Part shown: positions 63,150-64,000 of the stretch, one piece after another | Position numbering within the stretch: position 1 is the stretch's first letter | How the letters are laid out: each line of letters opens with the position of its first letter | NCBI GenBank assembly: GCA_904419785.1 | Contig: CAJFSY010000001.1 | Span: forward strand, 263,078 to 327,077 | DNA: 64,000 bases | Source of the DNA: an uncultured Neglectibacter sp. | Lineage (GTDB): Bacteria > Bacillota > Clostridia > Oscillospirales > Acutalibacteraceae | Direction: 5' to 3' | Position numbers and translations under genes: made by a program | Notes under the pieces: model-generated | Database searches by the model: none | The model's input: only the letters and a program-made list of their open reading frames with translations | Told to the model about the DNA's origin: nothing

Positions 63150-64000
63150 TTAAAACAAAGTGGTCTGGCTGCTCTCGGGCAAACCGGAAAGAGCCCCCGC
63201 TTCCCGAAGCGTATCGATCACCGCGGAGGACACCTTAGAACGGGCTTGCAAATCGTCGATGGAAATATACTCGCCGCCGGAGTTGCGGGCTTCCCGCAAG
63301 CTGAACGCAGCGGCTTCGCCCACGCCGGACAATGAGGAGAAAGGCAACCGTATTTCTCCATCTTCCACCACAAATTTCTTGGCTTCTGAACGGTACAAGT
63401 CCACTGGCCGCAGGCAGATCCCGCGGGCCAACATCTCATTGACCACCTGCAAGGAATCGAACTCTCCTTCTTCTTTTTGCGAAGCCTCCCGATTCTTTAT
63501 CTTGATATCCAAGTCTTTCATCTTACGAAACACCGCTTCCCGGCCTTTTACCGCGGTAACGCCGTCAAAATCGTCGCTGCGCACCGTAAAATAGGCGGCG
63601 TAATATTCCAGCGGCCGGTGTACTTTATACCATCCCAGCCGTAAAGCGGCGATCATATACGCTGCGGCATGGGCTTTCGGGAACATGTATTTGATCTTGA
63701 AACAGGAATCGATATACCACTGGGGCACATTGTGCTCTTTCATGGCCTGGATGTGCTCCTGGGTCAGCAACTTGGTGGCCTTGCCCTTTCGCACGATCTC
63801 CATGATCTTGAAAGCCATCTTGGGTTCCAGGCCTTTGTTCATCAGATATGTCATGATACTGTCGCGCGTACCGATCACGTCGGAAATAGTACACGTGCCC
63901 TGCTGAATCAATTCCTGGGCGTTGCCCAGCCACACATCTGTACCGTGGGACAAGCCGGAGACTTGCAGCAAATCGGAAAACTTTTTGGGATGTGATTCTT
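63150..64000 (-). CDS. polC: DNA polymerase III PolC-type, C-terminal fragment (continues beyond the window)
   Basis: [32 protein letters not shown] and a C-terminal HhH-like region. The frame is open to the window edge. Confidence 0.9.
   Translation of the reverse strand, partial: ESHPKKFSDLLQVSGLSHGTDVWLGNAQELIQQGTCTISDVIGTRDSIMTYLMNKGLEPKMAFKIMEIVRKGKATKLLTQEHIQAMKEHNVPQWYIDSCFKIKYMFPKAHAAAYMIAALRLGWYKVHRPLEYYAAYFTVRSDDFDGVTAVKGREAVFRKMKDLDIKIKNREASQKEEGEFDSLQVVNEMLARGICLRPVDLYRSEAKKFVVEDGEIRLPFSSLSGVGEAAAFSLREARNSGGEYISIDDLQARSKVSSAVIDTLREAGALSGLPESSQTTLF

Overview
This window looks like chromosomal DNA from a spore-forming Clostridia-like Firmicute. The evidence is a PolC-type DNA polymerase fragment, a DnaD plus DnaI/DnaC-type loader pair, an alpha/beta SASP gene, and hrcA-grpE-dnaK-dnaJ behind a perfect CIRCE operator. 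Promoters are TTGACA-N17-TATAAT-like, often with an extended -10.

Most of the window is housekeeping:
- a sugar-phosphate isomerase and citramalate synthase
- a five-gene peptide/nickel-type ABC importer
- a Crp/Fnr regulator divergent from a ferredoxin-like gene
- VanZ/RDD, an amidohydrolase, QueH, a YuiD-like protein, RF3 and an APH-family kinase
- a YesN/YesM-type two-component system with its own sugar-binding protein, next to an mglBAC-like ABC transporter
- ACT-hom-thrB-lysC, PBP1A, glycerate kinase and a MATE pump
- the heat-shock operon, a Qnr-like pentapeptide protein and tRNA-Thr(CGU)
- ThrE-type exporters, a pseudouridine synthase and a GT4-CsaB fusion
- a hisZGDCB-(hisA/hisI fusion)-hisE operon.

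I saw no CRISPR array, rRNA, transposase or integrase.

Two regions look accessory. At 28.1-30.6 kb, a secreted repeat protein with Cys/Asp loops and Gly-Asn runs sits with an ECF sigma factor and an anti-sigma factor that ends in a 92-aa Gly-Asn tail. At 49.4-51.2 kb, a repeat-rich surface-protein gene is split by a 20-bp tandem duplication. The first of these is my best candidate for an undescribed module, but it is a modest candidate rather than a clear new system.

All functional calls come from motif recognition by eye. No database search or folding computation was run. Start codons were refined using SD sequences and gene overlaps and remain provisional.
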